NCBI GenBank assembly: GCA_013265495.1
Contig: MU058337.1
Location: forward strand, 4,444,716-4,508,715
DNA from: Vicugna vicugna
Lineage: Eukaryota
Direction: 5' to 3'
Length of the DNA stretch: 64,000 nt
The position numbers and the translations under genes are program-made. Each line of letters begins with the position of its first letter. Positions within the stretch are counted from its first letter, which is position 1. Shown here in pieces: positions 50,151-63,325 of the stretch. The notes below the pieces were generated by a model. The model was not told the DNA's origin. It saw nothing but the letters and a program-made list of their open reading frames with translations, and did no database searches.

Positions 50151-50415
50151 ATGCTAATTAAGTTGAACTGAAGGATTTTCCAGTGGGAGAAAGATTCAGA
50201 CCAGAGATGGGAGTAGGATGCTATAAAAGGTTAAAGTATCTGATTCAGCTGTCTGAAAATAACCCAATTCCTTAATGTAAATCTGGTTTGTGTTGGAGAT
50301 TTTTCCCTTAGTGCTGTTACACCCTTTCCTGTAAGTACTTCAGTTTAGCTTTTTTTCCCCACTCTCAGTCATTGCATGATACAGAAGTAGCCAGCTCCTG
50401 ACTTCCCTCTACACT

Positions 50416-51305
50416 AGGGGTTCTCAAAGCTTAGCCTGCATCAGAATCACCAGGAGATTTTTATTTTATATTAGTAAAAACACTTAACATCAGATCTACT
50501 CAATAGTTTTAAGTATACAGTTCAGTACATTGTTGACTATAGATTATACAATGTTGCACAGTAGATCTCTAGTACTTACCTGCTTTGCTTAACTAAAACC
50601 TTATGCCCATTGAGTAGTAACTCTCCATTTCCCCTCCCCCAGCCCCTGGAAACCACCTTCTCTTCTCTGCTTCTATGACTTTGGTTACTTTAGATCCCTC
50701 GTGTAAGTGGAATCATTCAGTATTTGTCCTTCTGTGCCTGCCTTATTTCACTTAGCATAATGTCGAGGTTCATTCATGGTGTTGCATGTTGCAAAATTTC
50801 CTTCTTTTTAGAGACTAAATAGTATTCAGTTGTATGTGTATGCCACATTTTCTTTATCCATTCATCTGTCCATGGACATTTATGTTGTTCCCACATCTCG
50901 GCTGTTATGAATAATACTGCAATGAACATGGGAGGAGAGAGCTTTTTGAGATCTCGATTCCAATGTTTTTGAATATATATCCAAGAAGTAGGATTGCTGA
51001 ATCATATGTTAGCTGTACTTTTAATTTTTTGAGTGACCCCCATGCTATTTTCCAAAGTGGCTGCACCATTTTATATTCCTACCATTGGAATCCTACAACA
51101 ATTCCAATTTCTCCACATCCTCACCAACACTCATTGTCTTTACTGGGAGATTCTTGTTAAGACCTGTTAAAGTGCTGACTGCTGGGCTCACACCCCAGAG
51201 GTTCTCACTCAGTAGGGCTCAGATGGGTTCAAGAAGTTACGTTTTCCAGCAGGGTCCCAGGTGGTGGCGATGCTATTGGCCTACGGCCCATTTTTGAGAA
51301 CCACT
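50416..51305. mobile_element. MER5A split by an antisense L1MA/MB 3' end (~50459-51140)
   Basis: MER5A left part gggttctcaaagcttagcctgcatcagaatcacc resumes at ~51143 and ends tttgagaaccact. ggagatt is repeated at both junctions. Confidence 0.8.
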
Positions 51306-54300
51306 CTACGTCCCATCACTAAGCGAGGACGGGAAACAGCGGTGAGAACTGATGATTTCTAATTGTCGCTGGCAAGCTTTGGCTTCAGTGGCTCTTTGCC
51401 AAGCCTCTCTGGACATAGAGAATAGCTTTTATTTTCCTGGCAAGTGAAGCCATCTCCCTTATTAATTCCTTGCTTGAAAAGGCCCATTTATTTCTCTTTC
51501 CACTTTTCAACGATGTTAACACTTTCAGCAGTCTAGGACCGGTCACAGTTTTGGCTTGTCCTCAGTGGATTGAGGCTGTATTTTACTCATCATGGTTCAC
51601 GACAGAGAATTTGCAGATGGCCTAAAGACAGGAGGCCCTTATGTACCTCTGATGAGGAACAGTTCTGTTACTCAGTGTTTGTCTTTAATTCAGGAATGAT
51701 TGTACTACCAACAAAGCAAAAACATGGAAAGGGAGGAACAGGTCTAACCAGCAGTCTTTGTGTTTGAAATGGTTTCCACAGTGTGGCTCACAGACTATTT
51801 TCCTCAGAGTAAATTGGGATATTTGCTTAAAAGGCAGTTTCACTGGCCCCATTCCAAAAGGGGGGGCACTCAGATGTGAGTGGCGGTAGAAGGACTCTGA
51901 GAAGGGGCCACGCCAGGCTCTGGACAGAATGATGTCCTCAGAGTAGCAGAGCTGGAGCGTCCCACTGCCGTCCCCTCAGAGAACACCGAGAACCTGCGTT
52001 GGCACGCAGTCGGCTCACTGTTAGCATTGTACCTTCTGTACCTTCTGTGAGTTTGGACAAGGGTGTGATGACACGTACCCATCATCAGAGGACCATATAG
52101 AGCATTTTCACCACCTTAGAGTCCCTCTGTGCTGGTTTCATTCTTTTGTCCCCACTGTGCCATGTAGACATGACATAACACCAACTTGAATTAATATCTG
52201 CACTCGTACTTTTTCCACTTAATGTCTCTTAAATCACTGAGGTTTTAACATTGAACCAAGTCTTGGAGATTATTTACCTTCCCTTGTTTTTGTGGCAGTT
52301 GAAGGTCCAAAGTGGGCGGGGTGCTTGCTCAAGGTCCCACATCTAGATCTTCCATTTCAAGAGAGGTGTTTCTTCCCACCATGAGAGGCATTAACAGTTG
52401 CTTTGTTCATCTGTTACCTCTTCTCCTTGTTTTCTAGCCCCAGCAGACGGCTCACTCCCAGTCCCCAGGTAAGACAAGTATTTGCACACCTCGTACCTTT
52501 GCTGATACTGTTCCTGCATCCCAGAATGGCCTTCCTTTCTCCCACTCAGCCTTCAAATCCCAGCTCAGTCATGACGTCCTGACCCAACGTGTTCCTTAAC
52601 TTTTCCTCTGAGTTCCGGCCACATTCCGAATAGAACTTGTCAAATTGCCTGAGAGACTTTCTCCTCTCACAGCCAATTCACTGGTATTGCTGGTTACATT
52701 GAGGTCTTGAAGGAGACAGATCTGCAAATACAGAAACACAACGTTTATTTTGAATCCTTCTTCGAAGAATTTGAAAGGACCAACAAATGTACCCAAAGAA
52801 AGTAGATTCTCCCTTTCTATTGATTTGTAGAATATCAAGTCCAGGGACCCTTCTAGTCTTCTGGGCACTGTATTTTGCTGAATTCTGCCCAACTGAAGCC
52901 TCCTGTTCCGTTCTGATGCCTGGCCTCAGAAAGATCCCTTTCTCAGGTTAGTGACAAAATGAATGCCTTCCTGTTTCCTGTGAAATTTTACCTTTTACGT
53001 ACCGATCATCTTTCTGCCCACATTCCTGCCCTTCCTCAGTATAGCAAGAACCTGCCAATTCCCTAATCACAGCACATGAGGGCCACACACCACACGCGAG
53101 GGGCCGGTTACAAGCTACCCTTCCGTTGACAGGTAGGTGCTTAGTAACTATGAGCTGAATAAATACATCAGGGCATAAAGGGAAATACCCTGTAATTTCA
53201 CATGGCAGGGACACAAAAATGTATTTTCCTCTAGGCAGCAAGGCCCACTCAATGTTGTTTAAATACCTTTGGTGAGGTAAAAGTTTGCCCCTTCTCAAAT
53301 GAGGAATGAAATGAACAATGTTTACTTGCAACAGCGATTAAGTTCTGAATGTCCTCCCAAGGGAATGAGGACCCCTTGAGAACCTGAGCCACGTGAGGTT
53401 TTCATTGACCACATTTCCTATGGAGCCTCCTAGCAGTATTAATCGGCGATTACACAAAGTAGGCCTTGGTCTGTGTCAGTAAAGGACACGTGGCTCTCAG
53501 AAATAGTGTGAGCCTTTCAGCCTCGCTGGAGTAGAGTATATGTTCATAACCTCTTTCTCTGTTGTGATATCAATGTGTATGGAAAACTCTCGCGTAAACC
53601 TTATTGGTCATTAATACATTTATTTATGCCAGGCAGTTATTTTCAAAAAATCTATTTGCAAGACTGAGGTAAGTCTCTCTTCAACCATTGCCTCATCTAT
53701 CCAGCAAAATATTTATTGAAATCTTGTAACTTTCAAATTGCTGAGATAGATAGAAACACAGCAACTGATCAGGCCCAACTGTGTACCTGCGTGCACTGAG
53801 CTGGGCATCTGACGTGTGCGTTCATTTACTTGTCATAAGGAATGGTCTGTTTTTAGTTCTTCCCAATCTACCTGGGACATGAAAGAGTCCATGATCTACA
53901 CGCTGCTTGTAAACAGATTTAAAAAGCAAATCACGTCACTGGACTTCCATTTCCACAAAAGGACAGACACATCCCTGAGGACCTAGGATGGATGAAGTAG
54001 GAAAGAAGGGTGTGTATAGTGACCATAAAGGTGTTCTATAATCTGGTTCATGAAATTACACAACTGGAAACGCGTTAATGTTTGAGGGCACCTCAAAGTG
54101 CTGTAGGTACAATTATTGGGAGAATTCAAAGAAAAAAATATGCGTACGGGATTAGGTAATTTGACTGGCTGTCCTCACTGATTTTTTCTGGCTGGTACTG
54201 AAATCATAAATTCAGGCTTTGTTTCAGTAAGAGGCGTAAACCACGAACAAGACTCACTCTTATTTCTCGTCTGGGTCTTAGCAGCATATTTTTCTCCACT

Positions 54301-54527
54301 GGCCTCTCTGGCTTGCTTTAGCATCAAACAGAAGCTGAAGATCAGAAAGAGTCCAGGTGGCAAGTGTTTGCTTCTAACTTATAGGGGAAAAAAGCAACAA
54401 GAAAAGCATTTCATTTCCCTGCAAAAACACAGAGCAGCTGCTCTTTGCGGGAAGAGCATTGACTTCTGTAGACCCTTATACACAGTGTGCATGATGTGCA
54501 AGGCTGAAATTCTGGAACCTTATAATT

Positions 54528-54546
54528 TGTGTGTGTGTGTGTGTGT
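54528..54546. repeat. (TG)9 microsatellite
   Basis: Perfect dinucleotide run. Confidence 0.9.
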
Positions 54547-55189
54547 CTCCAATCAGCCTCCTTGCTGAATGAGTCACCATGGATTTGTCATGGGGCAAAG
54601 ACAGATAGATGAATCAGATAAACCAGCTCCTTTAAGAACCTGTATTTCCACCCACAAATAGGCCGGATACAGTGATCCTCCTTTCTCACGGCTTCTCCTT
54701 CTTGGGAGGAGTTCTTGCTGATCTATAGCAGCATGTGGCACTAAGATCAGTCTAGAATCTTTTGAAGAGAGCTTTTGAGCCTGGACGGTCCATGTTTTCA
54801 TGGGAGATAAGGGGATGTTTTTGACAAAGTGAAAAAATGGAATGAGAAAAAGGGTTCCTTGCCCTTAAACTAGGCAAACGTCACAGACAAGCAAAGGGTG
54901 GAAAACGCATGATCATCTTGAATCATTTTTGCTGAAATAAGCAAACTGAGTCTTTAAAAAGGTTTTCTATTCTCTTGTTTTATGGTAATTTGATATGTTA
55001 CACTCAGTGAAAATAAGTTTCCTCAAATCCTAACATAGTCTAAGTTTGCTCGTTACAGAAATGTTCTTCTCTTGGTTTACTGGGTTTTCTTATATTATCA
55101 CCCTGTCCACCAGAGATCACTGAAACCTTACGACTTAGATAATGCTTACATTTTTATTTCTTGTAAGTTTAATTTTATAATAAATGATA

Positions 55190-55443
55190 TAGAGTTCCCT
55201 CCAGATGTATGTCCAGGAGTGAGACGACAGGGTCAGATGGTAAGTCTATGCCTAGACTTTTGAGGAATCTCCATACTGTTTTCCACAGTGGCTGCACCAA
55301 ACTGCATTCCCACCAGCAGTGTAGGAGGGTTCCCTTTTCTCCACACCCTCTGCAGCATTTATCATTTGTGGAATTTTTAATGTTGGCTATTATGACTGGC
55401 ATGAGGTGATACCTCATTATAGTTTTGATTTGCATTTCTCCAC
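55190..55443 (-). mobile_element. Internal L1 ORF2 fragment (Cys-rich region) without 3' UTR or poly(A)
   Basis: Open frame [13 protein letters not shown]...[17 protein letters not shown]...[15 protein letters not shown]; taataaatgata on both sides. Confidence 0.88.
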
Positions 55444-57989
55444 TAATAAATGATAATATAAGAAGGTGACTCCTTTTGCAAAATAGTCTCAAACTGTTCT
55501 GTTGCAGAAGATAAATATCTACAATATAGTGTTAAATAATACGTGATGAATACCCTGAGATTTAAAGATCTGAGTAGCTCCTAGATATTCACAAGTACAT
55601 GACTGTTAACCTGAGTCCATGAGCCACCTGCAGTTTGGGGCACAACTTTGTGTGAATGTGTATTTATTTGAAAATTGGACCCAGAGTTTTCATCATCTCC
55701 CTCTAAAGATCTGTAATTCAAACAAGAATATGAATTACTGTTTTAAATAAATAATACAACTTACATGGCTTATATATTGACAGATCGTATTTACATGACT
55801 TGAGAACTACCAGACTATGCCAACAGAATTATCATAGTTAAGAAAAATGTGGCTTTGCTGCTAATAAAACAAGAGTATCTTTCCCTAAAGTCTGTGTTTT
55901 AATAAACATTTATACAACAAAAAATCTTGTTGATCAGTTTCATCCTTTATCAGGATTTAGTTCTGGTACCTCCGTGTACTCAGGATGTGTTGCTGCCATT
56001 TTAGAGATCAGAACCTGGAGTTTCATAGCCCAAGAGTTAATCTACAGCAGGCTGGGTTTGCTTCCACACACTTCATGTCTTTGAATCCACAATTTCCTGG
56101 TAGATTCCTTTTTATTTAACTGTGTTAAAAACTATGTGATAGACCACTGAGAAATTTGTCACAGTGTATATGCAGTTTATCTGGTTCCATCATTAACATT
56201 GCCAGGAATACAAGATTGGCAATGTTTTCTTCAAAACAGATTTTCTCAATGCACAAACTACATAAGTGATTTTTCTGAAAAGCATTTTTTCCCCTAAGAG
56301 AGTTCCTTTGTAGAATAGACATGTGGAGAATATAGTGACCAGTTTTGACATTTACTTAAGGAAGTAAACTTCCTTCATTTCAAAATATTGAGTCTCAGAT
56401 ATTAAGTTGTTCAAAATTCGAGTTCCTAGTGTATTGCTGGGCCCTGTGTCAGGCACTGTGTGCTAGACTAGTGAAAATTAGAGGCATCGTGGTCCCAGTT
56501 ACTCATTTTCTACATGAAGAAACTGCGACTTTTCTGGAAGGCTCCTATGTTAGCCAAGGGAATCAGAAACCACCTCGTGTGGTTCTGTTTAACCAGCTCC
56601 CAGGCTCCGGTAGATCTGAAGGCTTATTCCCAGGCACTTATGGAACAAGGAAAAAGGTGCAAACATTCTGTTGGTGGATGACAGTGGGAGTGGCACTGCC
56701 CACACCATCCCATATTCTCTGATCCTTTGTCATAAGGCAGGACACTCTCGTTTGCCAGGCTATCTTTCCTTCTGGAGGGTCTTAGCCCCTCCTCGGGCGA
56801 CGATGGACTTAGACCAACACCTCCTCCACCCGACCCCAACAGTGAATCAGGGAAAACCAAAGTAAAACACTTCAAGGCTTAAAGTACTGTTGTTTTTCAG
56901 TTGAGAGGACTGAGTCCTAAATTCAAGACGGATGGGAGGATGTCAAAACTGGTTCATATGTAAGTAGAGATGTTAGGAAGCTCATTTTGGAAAACACTGA
57001 GAATTAATAAATATGTACCTTACCTCTTTTCAAACTGGAAATTTAAGACAACTGTCTCCCAAGATAAAATATAAAGTTATCCACCGTGAGACGGGAGGGC
57101 AGCATTTCTGATGGGAAACAGCAACAGCTATAGAGATGTTCAGGAATGAACTGAGTTCACCTATGGATTGTTTTGTCCTTGGTCGCATTGCTTTGTCTGC
57201 GTGAACCTCAGCATCTTCATCTGTTAAACAAGACAACGTGGGAATGAGCAGTAGCTACATCAGATGACTCTTGGGAGTGCCCATGCACCCCACAGTCAGA
57301 GTTTTTCCTAGGATAAGGGCAAGAAGTATTTTAAAAATGTGTCTATATGTCATAAATTAAAATCACAAATGGAAAGGCAGAGCAGACTACTGGACTGGTA
57401 CTTGAAGAGTACTTAAGAAGATTATAAGTAACAAGTAGATTGGGCATCATTAAAATCACATGTTGGTAGCTTCCTTGGATTAACTTCGCTTTTCTGTCTT
57501 GCTTAGAACTAATCATTGTAATAGTGGTAGTAAAACAAAACTCTTTTTGGGGGAGGTAACTAATATAAATGTCACTCTACAAATTTTGAGAGTCAGATGC
57601 AAGCAAAATGAGTTTTTATAACTATAGTTCAACCAGTAAATAAAAACATTTGCAGCAACATCATTGGAAGTATTTCAAAAAAACAAGCTCTATACACTAC
57701 AGAAGGCAAATTGCACAAATATATGCCTAGAAAACAAAAGTAGTAGCTCGTGGTGCTTTAAAGCCTAGAAAATGCTTTCAGTAAATTGTGTTATATTTGC
57801 TTTATAACAGGAAAACTCATGGCAAGTTAAATTAGTTATGTGACTAATGATACAAACAGGTGAGATTTTTCTGTCTGGATTCTATCTAATCGTACCTGAC
57901 CTGCTCTCTGAGTTTTTCAATCAGCAGGAAGAAATTAGTAGGAATTGTTGGATTTACTGAAAACATGAGCTCTGTTTTATCAATCAACC

Positions 57990-58095
57990 GTCTTTTCTTC
58001 TCTCCCCTCTCTCCTTTTTCCCTCTCCTTCCTCATCCTTCCCTTCCTCTTTCTTCCTCTTTCCTTCTCCCGCCCTCCTCCTTCCACTTCCCCACT
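57990..58095. repeat. Polypyrimidine (CT-rich) tract
   Basis: About 100 nt of almost only C/T on the plus strand. Confidence 0.8.
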
Positions 58096-58336
58096 GTTTC
58101 TCATCATCAGTACCCTAATAATCCAATATCATTCCAGAAAAAGTGTTTCATGCAATTAAATATGTCCCTGGATTCCATCTTTCTAAAATACAACAGTCTT
58201 GGTTAATTCCAATGCGAGATTGAGTCAGCACCAGTTCATGGCTGAAAAAAACAGAGACAGAACCTTAACTTTAATGGATAATATGCCTATTCTCCTTTGC
58301 AGTTGACATTGAACTGCCTGGCCTCAGCTGAGCCAA

Positions 58337-58891
58337 CAGGGTGGGCTTCACGGGTAAGTGACTAGCACGGCTGTGCTGAACACCTGGCTCAGAAGAGCTC
58401 TGTGCTTGTGGTGTGATGCTCTGTAATTGCTACCCTGAGACTCTTAATATGTTTATCTTTTAATTTGTGTTCTTAAGGGAGTCTGAGAGGAGCATGTCCC
58501 TTCACCTCCTTCCCCCTTCCTGGGATGAGTTCCTGGCTAAATGGTGCCTGGGCTGCCTCTGCCCACTGTCAGTCTAGGCAACATCTGACTGGCTCGCCCT
58601 CTCCCTGGCTGGGGGTCTGGATGGCCATGTCCGGCACGTGCCTGGGGAGGCTGGGGTGGGGGGTGATGAGCAGAAGCATTGGGTGCTCTTGTCCACCCCT
58701 TTCCAGGCACTGTCCACTCCAGTGCGGGTACTGAGTGTGTGCTGGGAGGAGGCTGAAATCCCTGGGGGTCAGTGATCCACAGTGGGGCGGGGCCGGGGGC
58801 CTGGTGGGAGGGGCAGATTGACTCCCTGATCCAGCTGGGACTCTGCGTTTTCAGTGTGCACTGGGCCTGGCTCATTATGTAGCTGGCCCTG
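58337..58891. mobile_element. MER45-family hAT-Tip100 transposon
   Basis: Termini cagggtgggcttca and tgtagctggccctg are inverted repeats; subterminal tgcactgggcc...attatgtagc. Confidence 0.7.
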
Positions 58892-59489
58892 GTTTTAGTG
58901 TCATTATCAGCGTATTACTTACTGGTAACGCTGGTTGTAGAGAGACATAAAGAAACTAAGCGTATTAAAACATGTGCTTTCCAAATCTAGCTAAGCATTC
59001 AGGAATAGATGCTGTTTGGCTAGATATTGATTCCTAGTACTGAGACAACCCTGGGAGAGTTTAAATATATTTTTTAAGTTAATCTTCATATCAACTACAT
59101 GTACTGTTCACCTTTGATTAGCAATAGTTTTGTCTGTCCAAAGTATCTGAATATCTTCACAAAGCAGTGTTAAATTGAAAAATATATGGGGTCAAGTGAT
59201 ACTGATTAGAGAAGAGGGGACCAATAAAAAAAAAAGAAAAGAAAAAGGAAAGAGAACAAGAGAAAGGAGAAGGAAGTGGAAAGCTATTAGGAATCAAGGA
59301 ATGGAGGTATAACACCAGAAAATGGCGGAGTGGGGGCTCCAGCCTTCAGATCCCCACAGAAGCAGGTAACTAGCTGGGCAGCGGGGCACCACGTGGGGAG
59401 AGGCAGGCTGGAAGGCGGCAGGTGGCTGGAGGTAATGCCACTACTACCAACCAGGTCTGCGGAGGGCTCACTGTGTGTCTGGCACCGTC

Positions 59490-60080
59490 TAGATACGTAA
59501 CACGTATGAAACCACTGAGAACTCCTCGTAACTGTGAGCAAGATGCCATTCTTACTCCAATTTCATGCGAGGAAACTGAGGCTCAGAGAGATTAAAGCAC
59601 ATGTTCTAGGCTGCACAGCAAGGAGTGGGTAGAATGAAAACCTAATCCAGGCACTTGGTCTCATCATTATGCCATAGATGCGTTCTGTCTGGAGCCTGGG
59701 TTTGGAGCCTGAGATTGCGTTTGGGCTGCCCATGTGTGAATGGTGAAGTTCTGGAGATCAGCTTCAGTCACAATAGCATCATTTCAGTTTCTATTCCACT
59801 TATGGACAGAAAAATAACTGAATGATTCAGGAAAAAAAAAAAAAGCATGAACTGAAAATACCAAAGAACTTTTGGCCTGATGGTATCTTACATTTGTACC
59901 TAACAGTTTGTACTTTTCAAAGTGTTTTCATGAGTACTAGCTCGTTTATTTTGCAAAACGACTTGGCAAGACAAATATTATTGTTCCCAGTTCACAGATG
60001 AGGAAATCGAAGCTTGGAGAGATTAAGTGATCTCCAAGCCCAAATAGCTTATAAAATGGAGATTCAAGTCTTCAGACTTT
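59490..60080. mobile_element. Two MIR SINEs (~59490-59660 and ~59900-60080)
   Basis: gaggaaactgaggctcagagagattaa and cagatgaggaaatcgaagcttggagagattaagtga cores. Confidence 0.7.
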
Positions 60081-61027
60081 TTTTTTTTTTTCTAAGCATT
60101 GCTAGGGGAAAAATTGTGAAGAATGAAATATTTTCTTTTCTTTTTTTGGCACAGTTATCAAAGAGTGAAATATTTTCTAATCTCAGTTGAAATAGTTCAT
60201 GACGGTTTTCTTCTGAAATCACTTTCCAGCGACTGCTGTGCTGTGCCGACTTTATTAACTGAAATTGTAATCAACCAAAATAATGAAAAATTTCAATACA
60301 TGAGAAGGAAGCTCATGGATTGTAGACATGATTTAATTCAATCATCATACAAGGCCATCTGGATATTGGTATTTGTGATTTTAGTGCTTCTTTGGGCAAT
60401 TATGGCTAAACTGACTTTAAACAATTGTCTCTCAGTATATTTTGTTCTTGAGTCAACATTTAAGAAACACTGTTTGAGACTGGGCTTTGGCTTTGAATTT
60501 TAAAGAGGGAGTAAGGAAGAAGCAAACAGGCTGACTCATTGTCCAGAATTATACACGTTGCGGAGAGCGGCACAATTGAGTGTCCTGCTTCTGACATTTG
60601 CAGCAAGCACTGAAGAAAAAGGTTCGTGGTGGTGCATCCTGGCCAATGCGATCACCCTCTTTCACTGGCTAGGGGCTGGCTCTCTGGTTCTCGGTTTCTG
60701 CCGAGGTTATGTTTAATAGCCCACAAACTCTCAATGAGCATGTCGAGAAGCAATATTAAAAAACTGAAACTTGGTATTGGTTTTCCTCAGAGCTCTAGGA
60801 GGTGGGACAGGATTAGGCGATGTCACAAAACTGAAGACTACAAGGTGATGTTTTTTCTCCATTTACATGATGTGGAACTAGTCCCTCTGAATCAGATTTA
60901 AAGGATGGTCAAGTGCAGAGGCTCTTAGAGAGCTGATGAAGACATTAATTAACTAATTAACTGATGTTCTGTGCTCTGTGGAGCCAGGACCACAGCTGGG
61001 AACGAGAGAGATACAACCTTATCCACA

Positions 61028-61644
61028 TGAAGTTTCCAGCTTAATGGGGAAGACACACAGTTAAACAAGAAAGTGCCTGTTTCCTGTGCCAACCGCTGGT
61101 TCTCGCCCTCTCATTACCCCACAAGTGACTGGACACCCTCAGTGCAAAGGCCGAGGAGCACAACCTTAAGGTAAAGCCCAGTGTCATCGGTGCCTTGACA
61201 TCCGGGGAAAACTGGGAGGACCTTGAGGGGCTAATTGCAAGCTTCCCTACTCTGTCCCTGAGGATGGGGTCCCCCAGCCAAACAACTTCGCTCATCACAG
61301 GAACCAGGCACGGTGCCTGTCGATCCCTGAGGAGTGGGTTTCGTATGGTTCCCTGACAGCCCTCAGAATTATTCAGACAAGCCAGTCACACCCTTCCCCA
61401 GGAACCAGGCGTCCCTCACCTGCTTGTAACCACAAAACCTGCCTCCCGCAGCCTCTAGTCCATCACCCTGTTCCAGAGCGCACCTGTGTGGCAGGTTGCC
61501 ATTCTCTCCTGGGCTGTGAGTCTGTGTGACCAATAAACTCCTGTTGGTCACATCTGTCCAGGGTTGGGTGTTGTGTGTTGGGCTGAAATCCTAGGGTGAC
61601 AATCCCTCCCTCACCCACGGAGTTAAGAGGAGGCTACCAAAACA
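61028..61644 (+). mobile_element. ERVL-type solo LTR (MER54/MER74-like)
   Basis: AATAAA at 61532-61537 followed by a GT-rich U5-like segment, ending ...aaaaca. 5' boundary uncertain. Confidence 0.5.
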
Positions 61645-62771
61645 AAGGTACTTTAGACATTGACTTAAAATGTTGTTTCTTATTATATCCACTTACCTCA
61701 GGGAGCTGAGCAGAGAAATAGTTGATATGAATGTTGATGACTCTTGAAGTAGTTGAACAGCAAACAGAATGAGGGACACAACGTGGCTGTACACCTTCTC
61801 ACAAAACCTCATCCTCATGGACTCGGAAATGGCTCAACCATAATGAAACTTTTCTTTGTGGATTAGTGTTACTAGTCTGAGCTATAAACTGCGAGGAGAA
61901 TTTGGAGATGTTAAAGAGGCAGAGATTGAAATTTCATATTGTTTGGTTCCCATGTTTGGCTTACTCGGGAGGTTCAAGTTTTCATCTGTCAATTTTCAAT
62001 CCTCACCTTGATTGACTAGGTCTTGCAGAAAATCATTCTCTACTGAGAATGGTTGACAAACATGGATAATGTACATCAGCATAAAAACGAGGTGGCTCGT
62101 GCATGTGGCCACACTGCCACTCGTTTTCTGGAAGCAGCAATTCTCTGACTAAGGACAGACTCACCACTTATCATCTCATCCTAATGAACTTACATTTTCA
62201 TTTCAGGTAAAAGTAAACAAATCGCAATCTGGCCACCCTGAGAAGAGATGTGCTTCAAATCAAATGCTTGTCATGTTTGGCCACGAGCCACAGCACCCAT
62301 GACAATGGTGATTTGAAATTAACCAGGACAATTTTTATGTAACTTGCACAAAGAAGAGTGGGAATAAAAATAATGGGATTGTATGAAAAAGGAACCAGAA
62401 CTGCCATCTTGTGTCACTGAATAGAGTTGGAAATAGAGAATCGTATGTTTTAACTCCATTGTTATCATAATACAGTTAAATGGCGAGAAAGCTTATCATT
62501 GAGAGATAACCAACGTGACCTCTTGATCTCTGTCTCGCTTTTTGAGTCCGGAGAGTATGAAATTCTACTTGGAGAGGGTAGTTTTCTACTGTCTCCTGGC
62601 ATCTTTAATTTGGGGGTTATTGAGGGAGTGGATGGGGAGGTAAGAAAGGAAAAGGGGACTCTCAAAGGGGAAAACAGGATGATGATGAGAGCAAGGAAGC
62701 CCTAATGTCAAGTTTACTCACTTTAACAGCCCGGAGACACCCCAGGTGAGAGAACGGAAAGAAAGAAGGCA

Positions 62772-62894
62772 CTTTGAGTGGGGAGGTAATTAGGTTTGTT
62801 TGTTTGTTTATTAATGGAAGTGCTGAGGATTGAACCCAGGACCTCATGCATGCTAAGCATGTGCTTTACCACTGAGCCATGCTCTCCACTCCCT
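62772..62894 (-). mobile_element. Vic-1-type SINE
   Basis: ggggaggtaattaggtttg tail plus ggattgaacccaggacctcatgcatgctaagcatgtgctttaccactgagc. Confidence 0.88.
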
Positions 62895-62996
62895 GAAAGA
62901 AATTTCGGAATCTGATAGCACACAGAAGTCATAGCCACCACTGATGGAGAGTCTGGATGGACAAGTAGTGTCCTAGATATTTGTATGTACTAAAGC

Positions 62997-63325
62997 ATCG
63001 GGGTTCTTAAACTTGACTGCACAACGAAATCACCTGGGAAGCTTAACAAAGAAGTCTGATCCCTGGGTCCTCCCCGAGAGATTCTGATTTTATCGCTCTA
63101 GGGTGAGTCTTGAGCATTTGGAGTTTTAAAAGCATCCCAGGTGACGCTAAAGTTCAAACAAGTTTGAGAACCACTCAGTCTAATTCTCCCCACCACCTCA
63201 GAAGGCAGGTGTTACGGAACAAACGCACTGAGTGGCACAAGTAAGATTCAGAAGGTAAATAAATTACCCAAAGGCATGCAGCCAGTAAGTGTCAAAGCAA
63301 GGGCTAGAATGCAGCTCTGCCCACC
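62997..63325. mobile_element. MER5 hAT MITE (~62997-63175) followed by a MIR fragment
   Basis: gggttcttaaacttgactgc...atcacctgggaagctt...gtttgagaaccact; then aaattacccaaaggcatgcagccagtaagtg. Confidence 0.7.

Noticed and set aside
57543..57560. tttttgggggaggtaac resembling the tail of a Vic-1-type SINE
   Set aside because: Too short, with no body or clear TSD.
60123..60503. 126-aa ORF with a hydrophobic, TM-like stretch
   Set aside because: AT-rich intergenic sequence gives such peptides by chance; no splice or promoter support.
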